Shown here: piece by piece, positions 1 to 10,152 of the stretch
Numbering within the stretch: position 1 is the first letter of the stretch
Layout of the letters: each line of letters opens with the position of its first letter
Source: Bacillota bacterium
GTDB lineage: Bacteria; Bacillota_I; Bacilli_A; RF39; UBA660
Reading direction: 5' to 3'
NCBI GenBank assembly: GCA_015059445.1
Contig: SVAK01000002.1
Location: forward strand, 36,698-100,697
Length of the DNA stretch: 64,000 nt
Notes under the pieces: generated by a model
Databases searched by the model: none
What the model was told of the DNA's origin: nothing
What the model saw: the letters and a program-made list of their open reading frames with translations, nothing else
Program-made: the position numbers and the translations under genes

Positions 1-1217
1 CCAATTAATTTAGCTTCACCTTGTGGCTCATATGATAAAGTTTCTGAATCTAATTTATAAACTTCAACATAACCCTCTATCATTTTATTTGTTAGAGATA
101 AGCTGACATTTGTCTTTCCTTCAGTAACTGTAAATGAATGAGTTTCAGTATCTATAACATATCCTACCGGTGAAGTAACTTCTTTTAAAGTATAAGTTCC
201 CAATTTTAAACCAGTACATTTTCCATAGCCATCAGAATTTGTTGTAATAGTACATACTTTTATATTTGAACTATCATATATTTCATATTTAGCTCCTGCT
301 AATCTAATTGTGCCATTTTCATTTGTTTTATATAATTCAAAATCACCAGAATAAGATTCACCATATACATTAGCGATTACTGGGTCCAAATTACCCGGCA
401 CTAACATGTTTTGAGATTCTGAACTTGCTAAAAACATTAATTCGTTTTCATAAGCATCTGGCTTTTTTAAATTTAATTCTATTTCACCAACATTTGTCGC
501 AGTTATTATCAAATTATTATCTTGAATAGTTGCATTACAATTAGTACAACTTTCTACTTCATAAGTACTTATAACATTATTTGTATCAGTTAATGTTATA
601 GATTCTCCTACTGCTATTTTATGAGATGTACTATGAAAACTTGGCCTTGAAAAATGTTTATCGACCAATTCTTGAATTTCTTTCATTGCAGTAGCAACTG
701 CAGTAGGATCATTTATCTTATAACATTCTCCATTAGCACAATTTATATTTGTAAATACTTGATTTTCAAATACGCGATATATTAACATTTGTGTCGCAAT
801 AATATATACATTTGAATTATGGTTTCCATATCCATATCCATAGTAAGCATATTGTGATATTAAATTTAATTTTTCTTGTGTTAAAATATTTTGACTTTTA
901 TCTTGAGTATTATTTATTTTATCAAGTGCTAATTCATCACTGGGATATATAAAAGTATAATCTTTTGTACTATACCATATTTCACCAGGTGCAATACAAT
1001 AAGTTCTTAAATTTGCATATTGACCACTAGCTATATAAAAACTTTGAAGTTGACCGTATCTCACCCAATTACCATTAGCAGTTTTAAAACCATGATAATA
1101 AGCACCAATACCTTTAGTTTTAACTCTAGTCGTTTCTGCATTAACATTACTGCAATAAAAAAATCCTATTAGTAGTGTAAATACCAATAGGAAAAATATT
1201 TTTTTAAATTTTAAAAT
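1..1217 (-). CDS. Thioester-domain (TED) surface adhesin with SpaA/CnaB-type repeats; 3' part runs out of the window; not in the ORF track
   Basis: Manual translation gives a signal peptide (KFKKIFFLLVFTLLIGFFYCSNVNA), YCIAPG, ATQMLIY, then SpaA-like repeats (LAGAKYEIYD...GTYTLKEVTSPVGY). SD GGAGGTG at 1232-1226. Start codon uncertain (ATT at 1217 or ATA at 1223). Confidence 0.8.
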   Translation of the reverse strand, partial: MLKFKKIFFLLVFTLLIGFFYCSNVNAETTRVKTKGIGAYYHGFKTANGNWVRYGQLQSFYIASGQYANLRTYCIAPGEIWYSTKDYTFIYPSDELALDKINNTQDKSQNILTQEKLNLISQYAYYGYGYGNHNSNVYIIATQMLIYRVFENQVFTNINCANGECYKINDPTAVATAMKEIQELVDKHFSRPSFHSTSHKIAVGESITLTDTNNVISTYEVESCTNCNATIQDNNLIITATNVGEIELNLKKPDAYENELMFLASSESQNMLVPGNLDPVIANVYGESYSGDFELYKTNENGTIRLAGAKYEIYDSSNIKVCTITTNSDGYGKCTGLKLGTYTLKEVTSPVGYVIDTETHSFTVTEGKTNVSLSLTNKMIEGYVEVYKLDSETLSYEPQGEAKLI

Positions 1218-1267
1218 AACTATTCCACCTCCAATAAAAAAATTAGCTAACCAAGCTAATCTTCGAC

Positions 1268-1951
1268 TTAATTTTTAATTATCTTTTCTGGGCAACTATA
1301 CCCTAAATTTCGTAAATAACTTATTGCATGAATATCTTCAATATTATTTGGTAAATATAACATATCATTACCACCACAGGTATCACTTGGTATATATAAC
1401 TGCAATGTATACATTTCTTTAATACAAAATTCATCTTCATAAGTAATAGGACTTCTTCCATAAAAATAACCATAATCTAAACTTAACAATTGTTCTCCGT
1501 ATTTTTTTGATTCTTCTATACTATTAAATATTCTTGTTGATGAATTGATTTTTAAATAATTTGATAACCATTTTTTATATTTTGTATCTAAATCAGTACA
1601 TATATGCTTATCTATTTTTTCTTCTATCACAATTTCATCAGTTGTGCTATCAACTGGTGGCTCTTGTGATTCTTTTTTTTCTTCTTTGATAAAAGTGTTT
1701 TCTTTTTTCGATTCTTCTGTTTTCTTATTTTCTTTGTTAGCAGTGTCTTTAATAGAATCTTTTTCTTTTAGAGTTTCTGAAATATTTTCTTGATGAATAT
1801 TATTTGTTTCTATATTTTCTGTTTCAATATAATGATTCTCTTTCTTAGTAATTGTATAACTAGTATATTGATAATTTTTTGAAATAAATAAAAATGATAT
1901 AGAAATACAAATAACAACTAATAGAATTGTTAAACTTAGTTTTAATTTCAT
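1268..1951 (-). CDS. Membrane-anchored hypothetical protein of the island
   Basis: N-terminal TM helix, Lys/Glu-rich linker, Cys-containing C-terminal domain. SD AAAGGA precedes the ATG at 1951. Confidence 0.7.
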   Translation of the reverse strand: MKLKLSLTILLVVICISISFLFISKNYQYTSYTITKKENHYIETENIETNNIHQENISETLKEKDSIKDTANKENKKTEESKKENTFIKEEKKESQEPPVDSTTDEIVIEEKIDKHICTDLDTKYKKWLSNYLKINSSTRIFNSIEESKKYGEQLLSLDYGYFYGRSPITYEDEFCIKEMYTLQLYIPSDTCGGNDMLYLPNNIEDIHAISYLRNLGYSCPEKIIKN

Positions 1952-2009
1952 AACATATTTTCCTTTCGAGAATATAAGTATCATAAAACAAAATTAATTT
2001 CAATTGTTC

Positions 2010-2711
2010 TTATCTATCTAAATCATCCCATAAACCACTTTCTTTTTGAGAGAATTTTTCAAAATTTACTTGTAATGCGGTTTTTAAATATCCAAACTTA
2101 TTTGTTATATCATTTCCATATTCATCTTTATAATTTCTAGTTTTTAAACGAGCAATCACATAATGAATTGAACTATATAATTGCGAATAGGTATATCCTT
2201 CAGACAAATATAATTGAAACAAATTATCATAATTACTTAAAAAATCATCTTCTTTAAGATAACCACATTTTAATAATTCTAATGTTAAAATATTATGATG
2301 TATTTCTTCGCAAGAAGTATTATCTATATTATCATTTAGTTCTTTAGTATTTATTTGTGTGCCATTTACGGCATGCCCTTCAACCGCATGCCCTTTTTGG
2401 GTATATGGTTCATTCCCAGGAATTTCTTTGATTATATAATCATAATCAAATCTTCCCTTTTCACCGTGTTTTCTTTCTCTCGCAACATACCCATACATTT
2501 CTAATTCATGTATTGCACTTCTTATTGCTTTAATATTTTCTTTACATATTGCTGCTAATCCATTCAAAGAATAATCCCAATCTTCAGGAAGACTTAACAT
2601 AAAAGATAATAACCCTTTGGCTTTCAATGAGAGTCTTCTATCTCTCAAATGAAAATTACTCATCACTGTAAAATCTTTTGTTTTTTCAACTTTAAAAACC
2701 GTTATTATCAA
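2010..2711 (-). CDS. Helix-turn-helix replication initiator-like protein of Firmicutes mobile elements
   Basis: N-terminus VFKVEKTKDFTVMSNFHLRDRRLSLKAKGLLSFMLSLPEDWDY is typical of the family; follows parAB. Confidence 0.75.
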   Translation of the reverse strand: MIITVFKVEKTKDFTVMSNFHLRDRRLSLKAKGLLSFMLSLPEDWDYSLNGLAAICKENIKAIRSAIHELEMYGYVARERKHGEKGRFDYDYIIKEIPGNEPYTQKGHAVEGHAVNGTQINTKELNDNIDNTSCEEIHHNILTLELLKCGYLKEDDFLSNYDNLFQLYLSEGYTYSQLYSSIHYVIARLKTRNYKDEYGNDITNKFGYLKTALQVNFEKFSQKESGLWDDLDR

Positions 2712-2732
2712 TCACCTTCTTTCTTCAAAAGA

Positions 2733-3689
2733 TTATCTTTCATCACGATTCCTATCTTTTAAATATTTAACATAATGTTCAACTGATTTGATAATAAAAG
2801 TTTCCATATTTTCAACTTTTACACTTTTAGGAATAATATCTCTTATTTTATTTTCTTGTATTTTTATTTTTGTAATCTGGTTTGGCTTTTCTTCATTCAT
2901 TATATTAGAAATTGCAGCAACACTAAATTTTCCCGATTCTGTTAATTTTTTTATTCTTATTGCTTGGTCGTGAGATGGTGTACAAACAGTTGATTCAATA
3001 ATATTTAAAAGATGTTTTTGCTGACCTTCATTTAAATATGACAATTCTACTGCTGGTCTCAATGCTATCTCAAATTTATTTTTATCCTTAACAACTGAAT
3101 TATCTACCATTTCTAAAAGTTCTGGTATTAAATAAGTAAGCCTAATATATCTATAAACATTATCTCTACTTTCTCCACTTTCTAAACCAATTTGAGAAGC
3201 TGAATCCAACTTTGTCGCCAGTGGCGATGAAGTTAAATCTGTTCTATCTCCTTGATGTTTTAATGCGTTAAGTTTCATTTTAAAAGCAAATGCTTTCTCA
3301 CTCGGAAGCAATTGTTCTCTATGCATATTACTATCCACCATATAAATAGTGGCTTCATCATCGCTCATATCTCTAATAATACAAGGGATTGATTTTAAAC
3401 CTAGTATCTCACTTGCTTTTTTTCTTCTATGCCCAGAAATAATTTCATAAGATTCTCCACTTGGACGAACAATTACCGGTTCTAGTATTCCATTATCTTT
3501 TATGCTAATTACTAGTTTTTTTAATTCATCATTATTTAAAACTTTAAAAGGATGATTTTTAAAAGATTTTAATATAGAAATATCTAAATTATCGACTTTT
3601 TCTTTAATAGCATCATCTCTTTCTTCTTGAGTAGTAAAATAATCATCTACATTGAATTTTGGTATCGCAATATTTCTCTTTTGTTCCAT
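2733..3689 (-). CDS. parB: ParB/Spo0J family partition protein
   Basis: GILEPVIVR, YEIISGHRR, DSNMHRE motifs and a downstream HTH. Confidence 0.92.
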   Translation of the reverse strand: MEQKRNIAIPKFNVDDYFTTQEERDDAIKEKVDNLDISILKSFKNHPFKVLNNDELKKLVISIKDNGILEPVIVRPSGESYEIISGHRRKKASEILGLKSIPCIIRDMSDDEATIYMVDSNMHREQLLPSEKAFAFKMKLNALKHQGDRTDLTSSPLATKLDSASQIGLESGESRDNVYRYIRLTYLIPELLEMVDNSVVKDKNKFEIALRPAVELSYLNEGQQKHLLNIIESTVCTPSHDQAIRIKKLTESGKFSVAAISNIMNEEKPNQITKIKIQENKIRDIIPKSVKVENMETFIIKSVEHYVKYLKDRNRDER

Positions 3690-4470
3690 TTTCTATTACT
3701 TCCTTTGCAAAGTCAGCATATGCAATAGAAACCTTACTATTTTTATCAAACATAAAAATACTTTCACCTTGAGAAGTAGATTCTGCTGCTTTTATAGCTC
3801 TAGGAATTTGAGTATCAAATAATTTAAATACTGCACCATAAGTTTCTTTTAATTCACTTCGGATATTTTTAGCTAAATTAGTTCTTTCATCTACTAAAGT
3901 TAATAAAATACCACCTACAGATAAATTTGGATTTATTTGCTTTCTTACTTTTAAAACAGTATTAAGTAAATTTCCCATTCCCTTTGTAGCCAAAAAGTGT
4001 GATTGAACTGGAATTATAACTTCATCAGCACTTGCTAAAGCATTAACTGTTATCATTCCCAAACTAGGCATACAATCAATCAAAATATAATCATAATTAT
4101 TTTTGAAATTATTTAAGGAATTTTTTAAAACACACTCTCTGTCTTTTGTAGTAGGCAAAACTATTTCTAACGCAGATAATTCAATATTAGCAGGAATAAG
4201 GTCTACTCCTTCACTATGATGTAGTATAGCATCATAATTATTAATATTAACCTCATTAATATTAGATAACATTAATGTAGCTATTGTAATCGGAATCTCA
4301 TCATTATTATGCCATCCCATATAAGTAGTTAAATCTCCTTGAGGATCTGCATCTACTAATAACACTTGTTTCCCATTACTTGCAAGTGCTACCCCTAAAT
4401 TAAATGTTGTAGTAGTTTTACCCACTCCACCTTTTTGATTTGATATAGCAATAACTTTGCATTTTGACAT
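3643..4470 (-). CDS. parA: ParA/Soj family ATPase
   Basis: Deviant Walker A KGGVGKTT, VDADPQ, LIDCMPSLG. Confidence 0.95.
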   Translation of the reverse strand: MSKCKVIAISNQKGGVGKTTTTFNLGVALASNGKQVLLVDADPQGDLTTYMGWHNNDEIPITIATLMLSNINEVNINNYDAILHHSEGVDLIPANIELSALEIVLPTTKDRECVLKNSLNNFKNNYDYILIDCMPSLGMITVNALASADEVIIPVQSHFLATKGMGNLLNTVLKVRKQINPNLSVGGILLTLVDERTNLAKNIRSELKETYGAVFKLFDTQIPRAIKAAESTSQGESIFMFDKNSKVSIAYADFAKEVIENGTKEKYCDTKIQCR

Positions 4471-4637
4471 TCTTTCCTCCTTTCTAAAAAGCCATCTAAA
4501 AAAGATGGCTATGTTCTGTCACATTTAAACGAAATTTTTTAATTTCTATGTAAAAAATACTTAATTTTTATGAAAATCGCACATTTTTTAGCATTTTTAT
4601 CACTTTTTTTAACATTTTTTCAAAAAATCGTGATATT

Positions 4638-4782
4638 TTGTGTCAAATTGTGTCAATTTTTGATATTTGGTGCCGAAAAAAAGCACCATTTTTTTATTAT
4701 CATCAGGCTCAAACCCTTATAAACAGGGCATTTGCGAGGTTTTCGAGTGCCGAAAAACGAGTGCCAAAAAAAGTGCCCAAAA
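4638..4782. repeat. Short direct repeats at the island end
   Basis: TTGTGTCAA twice (4638, 4648). GTGCC followed by an A-run at 4670, 4747, 4761 and 4773. Confidence 0.7.
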
Positions 4783-4854
4783 TGGTAATATTTAGTGTAT
4801 TTTTGTAATATTTTATAACACTTTACGCTTTTAAAAAAAATATTTATATAAAGA

Positions 4855-4891
4855 AAAAAACCTTTGAAAGCCCGTACTTTCAAGGGTTTTT
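4855..4891 (-). terminator. Intrinsic terminator-like hairpin downstream of tRNA-Asn
   Basis: TTGAAAG-cccgta-CTTTCAA stem flanked by A/T tracts. Confidence 0.65.
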
Positions 4892-4903
4892 AAAAATTCA
4901 TAA

Positions 4904-4979
4904 TGGCGCCCGATGCAGGACTCGAACCTGCGACCTAACGGTTAACAGCCGTGCGCTCTACCGACTGAGCTAATCGGGC
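4904..4979 (-). tRNA. tRNA-Asn (GTT)
   Basis: Cloverleaf GCCCGAT...ATCGGGC-G-CCA; anticodon loop CT GTT AA. Confidence 0.96.
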
Positions 4980-4990
4980 ATTACTCCAAT

Positions 4991-5020
4991 AGTATAATAC
5001 ACAAGCTTTATAATTGTCAA
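4991..5020 (-). promoter_or_regulatory. SigA-type promoter of tRNA-Asn
   Basis: TTGACA-18 nt-TATACT on the minus strand. Confidence 0.75.
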
Positions 5021-5067
5021 CAAAAAACTGACAAAAAATGGATATTATACCATTAGAAAAATTTATA

Positions 5068-5508
5068 TTATAAATATTTTTTTAATTCTTCAATATTTTT
5101 TTCTAACATACTTTTTAACCTGTTAGCGAGTACTACTATTTCTGCATCACTATTATTATATGCATTGATTTTTTCTGTTATTTCAACAATCCCTTTATTA
5201 GTACCTTCAACCATCATCTTAGCAATTGATTGAGTAGTATTTTCTTTTAGCAAAGTCATTTCACTCATTACTTTAGTACCAACTTTAGCCATAGTTCCTA
5301 CTTCTTCATTTTGTTTACCATATTTTTTTAAAATATCTTCTGCTTCAGTACAAATACTTTTATAATCTTCTCTTTGTTCATTTAAAACTTTTTCAAATTT
5401 TTCATCTTGCACTTTTGTAATAATATTATTAATACCTATAATACCCATTTCAGCATTTTTATAAATAAACTGTAAAAATTCTACTTCTTCACTCATATTC
5501 TTTTTCAT
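5068..5508 (-). CDS. Conserved hypothetical protein, possibly a ferritin-like four-helix bundle
   Basis: All-helical pattern (YKNAEMG...KMMVEGTNKG). Confidence 0.55.
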   Translation of the reverse strand: MKKNMSEEVEFLQFIYKNAEMGIIGINNIITKVQDEKFEKVLNEQREDYKSICTEAEDILKKYGKQNEEVGTMAKVGTKVMSEMTLLKENTTQSIAKMMVEGTNKGIVEITEKINAYNNSDAEIVVLANRLKSMLEKNIEELKKYL

Positions 5509-5550
5509 AAAAAAATCACCCTAATCATATTATGAGTGATTTTTATTTTT

Positions 5551-7197
5551 TTATACTTCTTGAACTACTGCAATTATCATTGGTTTACATTCAGTCTCAG
5601 AATATAGATAATTGCTTAATTCTTCTCTTATTTCAACTTTAATTTTATTATAGTCAACAAATGTTGGTGTTATATTTCTTATAATAATATTTTCACAAAT
5701 ACTTTTAATTTCTTCAATTAAGTCTTTAGAATCTTTTACATAAATAAATCCTCTAGTTGTAACTTCTGGTCCTACTAATAGAACTTTATCTTTTTTGCTG
5801 ATTGTAGCGCTAATTAAAACGATACCATTTTCAGAAAGCATTTCTCTGTCCTTTATAACCAGTTCTCCAACATCTTCTGAAGACTTCCCATCAATTAAAA
5901 CATCATTGACTTTAATTTTTGCATGATTTTCCACCAATTTACCATTTTCAAAAGTTACTACTTCTCCATTTTGTTTTAATATAATATTATCAGCTTTTAT
6001 ACCTAATCGACTAGCTAAGTTTGCATTATTTACCATATAACGATATTCACCTTTAACTGGCATATAATACTTAGGTTGAATTAATTTAATCATCAGCATT
6101 AAATCTTCACTAGATGGATGATGTAAAATTATTTTATCATTAGGTAAATTAATAATATTACAGCCAAATTTTGCTAGTTCATTTTCTAATTTAACTAAAG
6201 TTTTTTCATTACTATCATATCTTGGCTCTGCAAATACTATTGTATCTGTATTCTTTTGAGTAATATATTTATCATATCCATGAAGTATTTTACTTACATT
6301 AGCATATGGATTAGCTCTTTCATCACTAATTAATAAAATTGAAGTATCATCGTTAATATTGGATAAATCACCAATAATTCCTGGCTCTATTTCTAAATAT
6401 TTTTCTTTAACAGCAAAATTAACTACATTTTGTAACTTTTTACCCATAATTACTATTTTACGATGCGTATTTCTAGCTGCATTAAAAATATCATTAATTG
6501 TATATAAATGGTATGGGAGTAATGAAAATATTATTCTTTTTTCATTATGTTTAATAATATCCTTAAAATATTCTTCTAATCTATGATTTGGTGAAGTATG
6601 CCCTTTTCTTTCTGAGAAAGTCGATTCACACAACATACATAATACACCTTGTTTGCCAATATATGCAATTTTACCCAAATCCATATCATATGCCCCAAGC
6701 ATAGTTGGATCAATTACAAAGTCTCCAGTATAACATATTGCGCCATCTTTAGAATTGATAACATACATAACAGCATCAGGAATACTATGAGAAACTGAAA
6801 GTGGAAAAATAGAAATATTATTATCAAAATTTAGCTTTTTATGAGGCTTTATTTCTATAATATTTTTATCTTCAATCCCATATTCTTCTAAAACAAACTT
6901 AGTAAATTTTGTTGCATAAATTTTAACATTAGGTAAATCTTTGGCTAAGTCTGCAATACTTCCCATATTTTCACTATGACCATGTGTTATAAATATACCT
7001 TTTATTTTCTTTTTGTTTTTCACTAAATAGCTAAAATCGGGCATTATGTAATCTATACCTAAAAGATTAGAATTAGCATATTTTAAACCACAATCAAATA
7101 CAAAAATATCGTCATCTATTTCAACAACGTAGGAATTTTTTCCATTTTCGGCCAGTCCACCCAAACCAAAAATTTTAATTTTACTCAATTTAATCAC
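5551..7197 (-). CDS. rnjB: Ribonuclease J, J2-like (degenerate metal motif)
   Basis: GLGGLAENGKN, HSIPDA, YTGDF. The HxHxDH motif is replaced by HGHSEN, as in RNase J2. Confidence 0.85.
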   Translation of the reverse strand: MIKLSKIKIFGLGGLAENGKNSYVVEIDDDIFVFDCGLKYANSNLLGIDYIMPDFSYLVKNKKKIKGIFITHGHSENMGSIADLAKDLPNVKIYATKFTKFVLEEYGIEDKNIIEIKPHKKLNFDNNISIFPLSVSHSIPDAVMYVINSKDGAICYTGDFVIDPTMLGAYDMDLGKIAYIGKQGVLCMLCESTFSERKGHTSPNHRLEEYFKDIIKHNEKRIIFSLLPYHLYTINDIFNAARNTHRKIVIMGKKLQNVVNFAVKEKYLEIEPGIIGDLSNINDDTSILLISDERANPYANVSKILHGYDKYITQKNTDTIVFAEPRYDSNEKTLVKLENELAKFGCNIINLPNDKIILHHPSSEDLMLMIKLIQPKYYMPVKGEYRYMVNNANLASRLGIKADNIILKQNGEVVTFENGKLVENHAKIKVNDVLIDGKSSEDVGELVIKDREMLSENGIVLISATISKKDKVLLVGPEVTTRGFIYVKDSKDLIEEIKSICENIIIRNITPTFVDYNKIKVEIREELSNYLYSETECKPMIIAVVQEV

Positions 7198-7252
7198 TCT
7201 TTCTAAAAAGTTCTTTTGCTACTTAAAATTATATCAAAAAAAGAGATTTAAA

Positions 7253-8032
7253 TCAATCTCTTTCTTCAGTAATAAGACTACTTAAACTGACAATATTTAA
7301 ATCTTGATAATATATTTGTCTTATTAATATTTTATAATCTGTTACTGAAACATTATCATTAATATAAAATATATAGCCACTTGATATACTATCTTTTATA
7401 GTAGCTAAATTATAATTATTCAAAATAGTACTAGCTTCAACTAAATATTTTTTGTTATCACGGCATATATCAATTATATTATTATTAATAACACAAATGT
7501 TTTTATTTATATTACTATTGTTAAGCATTTTTTCTACTTTTTTATATTCCTCTAAATCATTATTTATTTGTTCATAATAAGCATTTTTATCATAAGTATC
7601 TGTATCTACTAATCTAGTAATTTCAATTTTCTTTTCTTTAGAATAATTAATAATATCCATATTATCTTTTATTATTATTGCAACCGCATTTTTCTTTTTA
7701 TTACCATATTTAATAATTTTATCTTTATTGTTTTCTAATGATACATTTGGGCTAACTTTATCATATGCTAAATAATAAGAATTAAAGGTATCTAAATGTC
7801 TCATATTATCATAGCTTTTTAATACATTTACTGAATATCCATTTAGCCCGGGAACAATATAATCATCTTCAATAATTGCACTCACTGCTTCAACTTTATA
7901 TCTATTGCTATTTTCATTTATCTCTGTTACTAAACTACTATTATTTATAACAATATTACTCATCTTTTCAGTATAATAGAAACTAAATAAAAGTACTGCT
8001 GTAAGTCCTATATATTTAAAAAGATTTTTCAT
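7253..8032 (-). CDS. YlxY/SwsB-like sporulation protein with degenerate polysaccharide deacetylase domain
   Basis: IVPGLNGYSVNVLKSYDNM...VSPNVSL...YGNKKKNAVAI resembles the YlxY N-terminal part; no His metal ligands visible. Confidence 0.6.
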   Translation of the reverse strand: MKNLFKYIGLTAVLLFSFYYTEKMSNIVINNSSLVTEINENSNRYKVEAVSAIIEDDYIVPGLNGYSVNVLKSYDNMRHLDTFNSYYLAYDKVSPNVSLENNKDKIIKYGNKKKNAVAIIIKDNMDIINYSKEKKIEITRLVDTDTYDKNAYYEQINNDLEEYKKVEKMLNNSNINKNICVINNNIIDICRDNKKYLVEASTILNNYNLATIKDSISSGYIFYINDNVSVTDYKILIRQIYYQDLNIVSLSSLITEERD

Positions 8033-8243
8033 AAATCACCTTTATTAAATTATAATTAAAGACAAAAAAAATATTACTGATTATTCTTAACAAAAATATC
8101 CATCTTTGGTATTTAAAATTATTTGAAAAATCCTGATTAAAAACGGCCTGCGTTAAAATTTAAAATAAGAAATAATATTCATCTTCATACTTATTAGTTT
8201 CGATTAAAACTTTAAGCTATTTGCATTAAATTACAAAGAAAGG

Positions 8244-8615
8244 CTATTCACCTTTCTTATCATTACTACTCTTTTCATTTACTTCTTCATGTTTTTTATT
8301 AGTTGATAGAAATGTGACTCGCTCAGCTATGACATCAGTTATATAATGAGTTTTTTTATTTTCATCTTCGTATTTAGATGTTTGAAGCCTTCCTTTTACT
8401 CCGATAACATCACCTGCATGACAATATTCTGTTGTTGTTGAAGCTACACTATTCCAAAGAATACATCTAATGAAATCAATATCGTATAATCCATCAGCAT
8501 TTTTGAAATTACGATTGACTGCTAAAATTACTGTAGTGACTTTCTTAGCTCCTTCAATTTCAACAATTTCAGGATTAGCAGTTAAACGCCCAACTAAAAT
8601 AACATTATTCAACAT
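8244..8615 (-). CDS. ssb: Single-stranded DNA-binding protein, short SsbB-like form
   Basis: MLNNVILVGRLT, IGVKGRLQT; lacks the acidic DDLPF tail. Confidence 0.9.
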   Translation of the reverse strand: MLNNVILVGRLTANPEIVEIEGAKKVTTVILAVNRNFKNADGLYDIDFIRCILWNSVASTTTEYCHAGDVIGVKGRLQTSKYEDENKKTHYITDVIAERVTFLSTNKKHEEVNEKSSNDKKGE

Positions 8616-8760
8616 AAAACCTCCTTTCGTTCTAAAAATAACATATATTTTGAGAATCTTCTAATTGCGAATTCTTTAGAAATTCGCGTATAAATTAAGA
8701 CCTAATTTTTGTAAGAAATTAGATATAAAAAAGTTACCAAATATAACATTTTGGTAACTT

Positions 8761-10062
8761 TTAATCTTTTATTAATCTATTTAATTCAACAGCATATTCC
8801 ATAGGTAATTCTTTTTTAAAATCTGCAATAAAACCTAATACTAATAATTCTTTAGCTTTATCTTCAGATAATCCTTTTCCCATTAAATAGCATAATTTTT
8901 CTTCACTAACCTTGGAAATCGTTGCTTCGTGTTCTATAACACTAGAATCATTTAATACTACATTTTTGGGATAAGTATTACTACTAGATTTAGAATCTAA
9001 TATTAAGGTATCACATTTGATTTTAGCGCTACTATTTATAGCATCTTTAGTAATTTTAACTAAACCTCTATAATTACTAATTCCTGTATTTTCTGCTATA
9101 CTCTTACTAATAATATTACTTTTAGTATTCTTACCTATATGAATCATTTTAGCTCCAGCATCTAATGTTTGTCCACTCTTAGCATAAGCAATGGATAAAC
9201 TATTACCTACAGAATTATCCCCTTTTAAAATACAACTAGGATATTTCATTGTAACAGCACTACCAATATTACCATCAACCCATTCCATAGTTCCGCCTTC
9301 ATCTACAATAGCTCTTTTAGTTACTAAATTATAAACATCTGTTGACCAATTTTGAATAGTAGAATATCTACATCTAGCGTGTTTTCCAACATATATTTCT
9401 ACAACGCCCGCATGCAGGCTTGAAGATGAATAACTTTTAGCCGTACATCCTTCAATATAATCTAAACTACTATAATCATCTACAATAATAATAGTTCTTT
9501 CAAATTGTCCTAAAGATTCACTTTCAATACGAAAATAACTTTGAAGAGGACGATCTAAATGCGTATGTGGAGGAATGTAAATGAAAGAACCTCCACTCCA
9601 TAAAGCGCCATTCAATGCTGTATATTTATTTTCATCATATTTAACAAGATTATTGAAGTATTTTTTCAATAACTCTGGATGTTTTTTTAAAGCTTCATCT
9701 GTACTCATAAAGATAATATCTTTATCTGTTTTGTTTTTATGATATATTACTTCACTTTCATATTGGTTAGATACGCCATCTAAATAATTTTCTTCAGCTT
9801 TAATTACTCCTAGTTCATTAAAAGTATTTTTAATTTTACAATTTACTTTTTCCCATTTATCTTCTGTTTTAAGTACGTCACTTTTATAATAATTTATTTT
9901 ATTAAAATCAATATCTATTTTAGGACCAAAATTCGGATTTTCTAATTCTTGAAATTTTAAGAACGAATTGATGCGAAAATTTAACATAAATTCGTCTTCT
10001 TGTTTCTTACTAGATAACCATTTTATAAATTCAATATTTAATGTTTTATTCAATTCGTTCAT
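8761..10062 (-). CDS. sufB: Fe-S cluster assembly protein SufB
   Basis: GQFERTIII, YIEGCTA, YSTIQNWS, EHEATISK, LPMEYAVELNRLI. Confidence 0.95.
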   Translation of the reverse strand: MNELNKTLNIEFIKWLSSKKQEDEFMLNFRINSFLKFQELENPNFGPKIDIDFNKINYYKSDVLKTEDKWEKVNCKIKNTFNELGVIKAEENYLDGVSNQYESEVIYHKNKTDKDIIFMSTDEALKKHPELLKKYFNNLVKYDENKYTALNGALWSGGSFIYIPPHTHLDRPLQSYFRIESESLGQFERTIIIVDDYSSLDYIEGCTAKSYSSSSLHAGVVEIYVGKHARCRYSTIQNWSTDVYNLVTKRAIVDEGGTMEWVDGNIGSAVTMKYPSCILKGDNSVGNSLSIAYAKSGQTLDAGAKMIHIGKNTKSNIISKSIAENTGISNYRGLVKITKDAINSSAKIKCDTLILDSKSSSNTYPKNVVLNDSSVIEHEATISKVSEEKLCYLMGKGLSEDKAKELLVLGFIADFKKELPMEYAVELNRLIKD

Positions 10063-10152
10063 CCCCCTTTTAAATAATACAATAATTCTCTTACAAAAAC
10101 AATTGTAATTTAGTTGTTCCTTTGCTAAAATTATTATAATAGGTGATAGTGT

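Larger units (their letters stand above)
1..4903. mobile_element. End of an ICE/IME-like island integrated at the tRNA-Asn 3' end; continues left beyond the window
   Basis: parA-parB-replication initiator-membrane protein-adhesin cluster abuts the tRNA 3' end, with repeat-rich terminal DNA. No integrase in the window. Confidence 0.7.

Noticed and set aside
1-4470. Prophage
   Set aside because: No structural, terminase or lysis genes; parAB-rep plus an adhesin fits an ICE-type element better.
4653-4883. 76-aa ORF at the island end
   Set aside because: It runs through repeats and a terminator hairpin, has no SD and has low-complexity composition.
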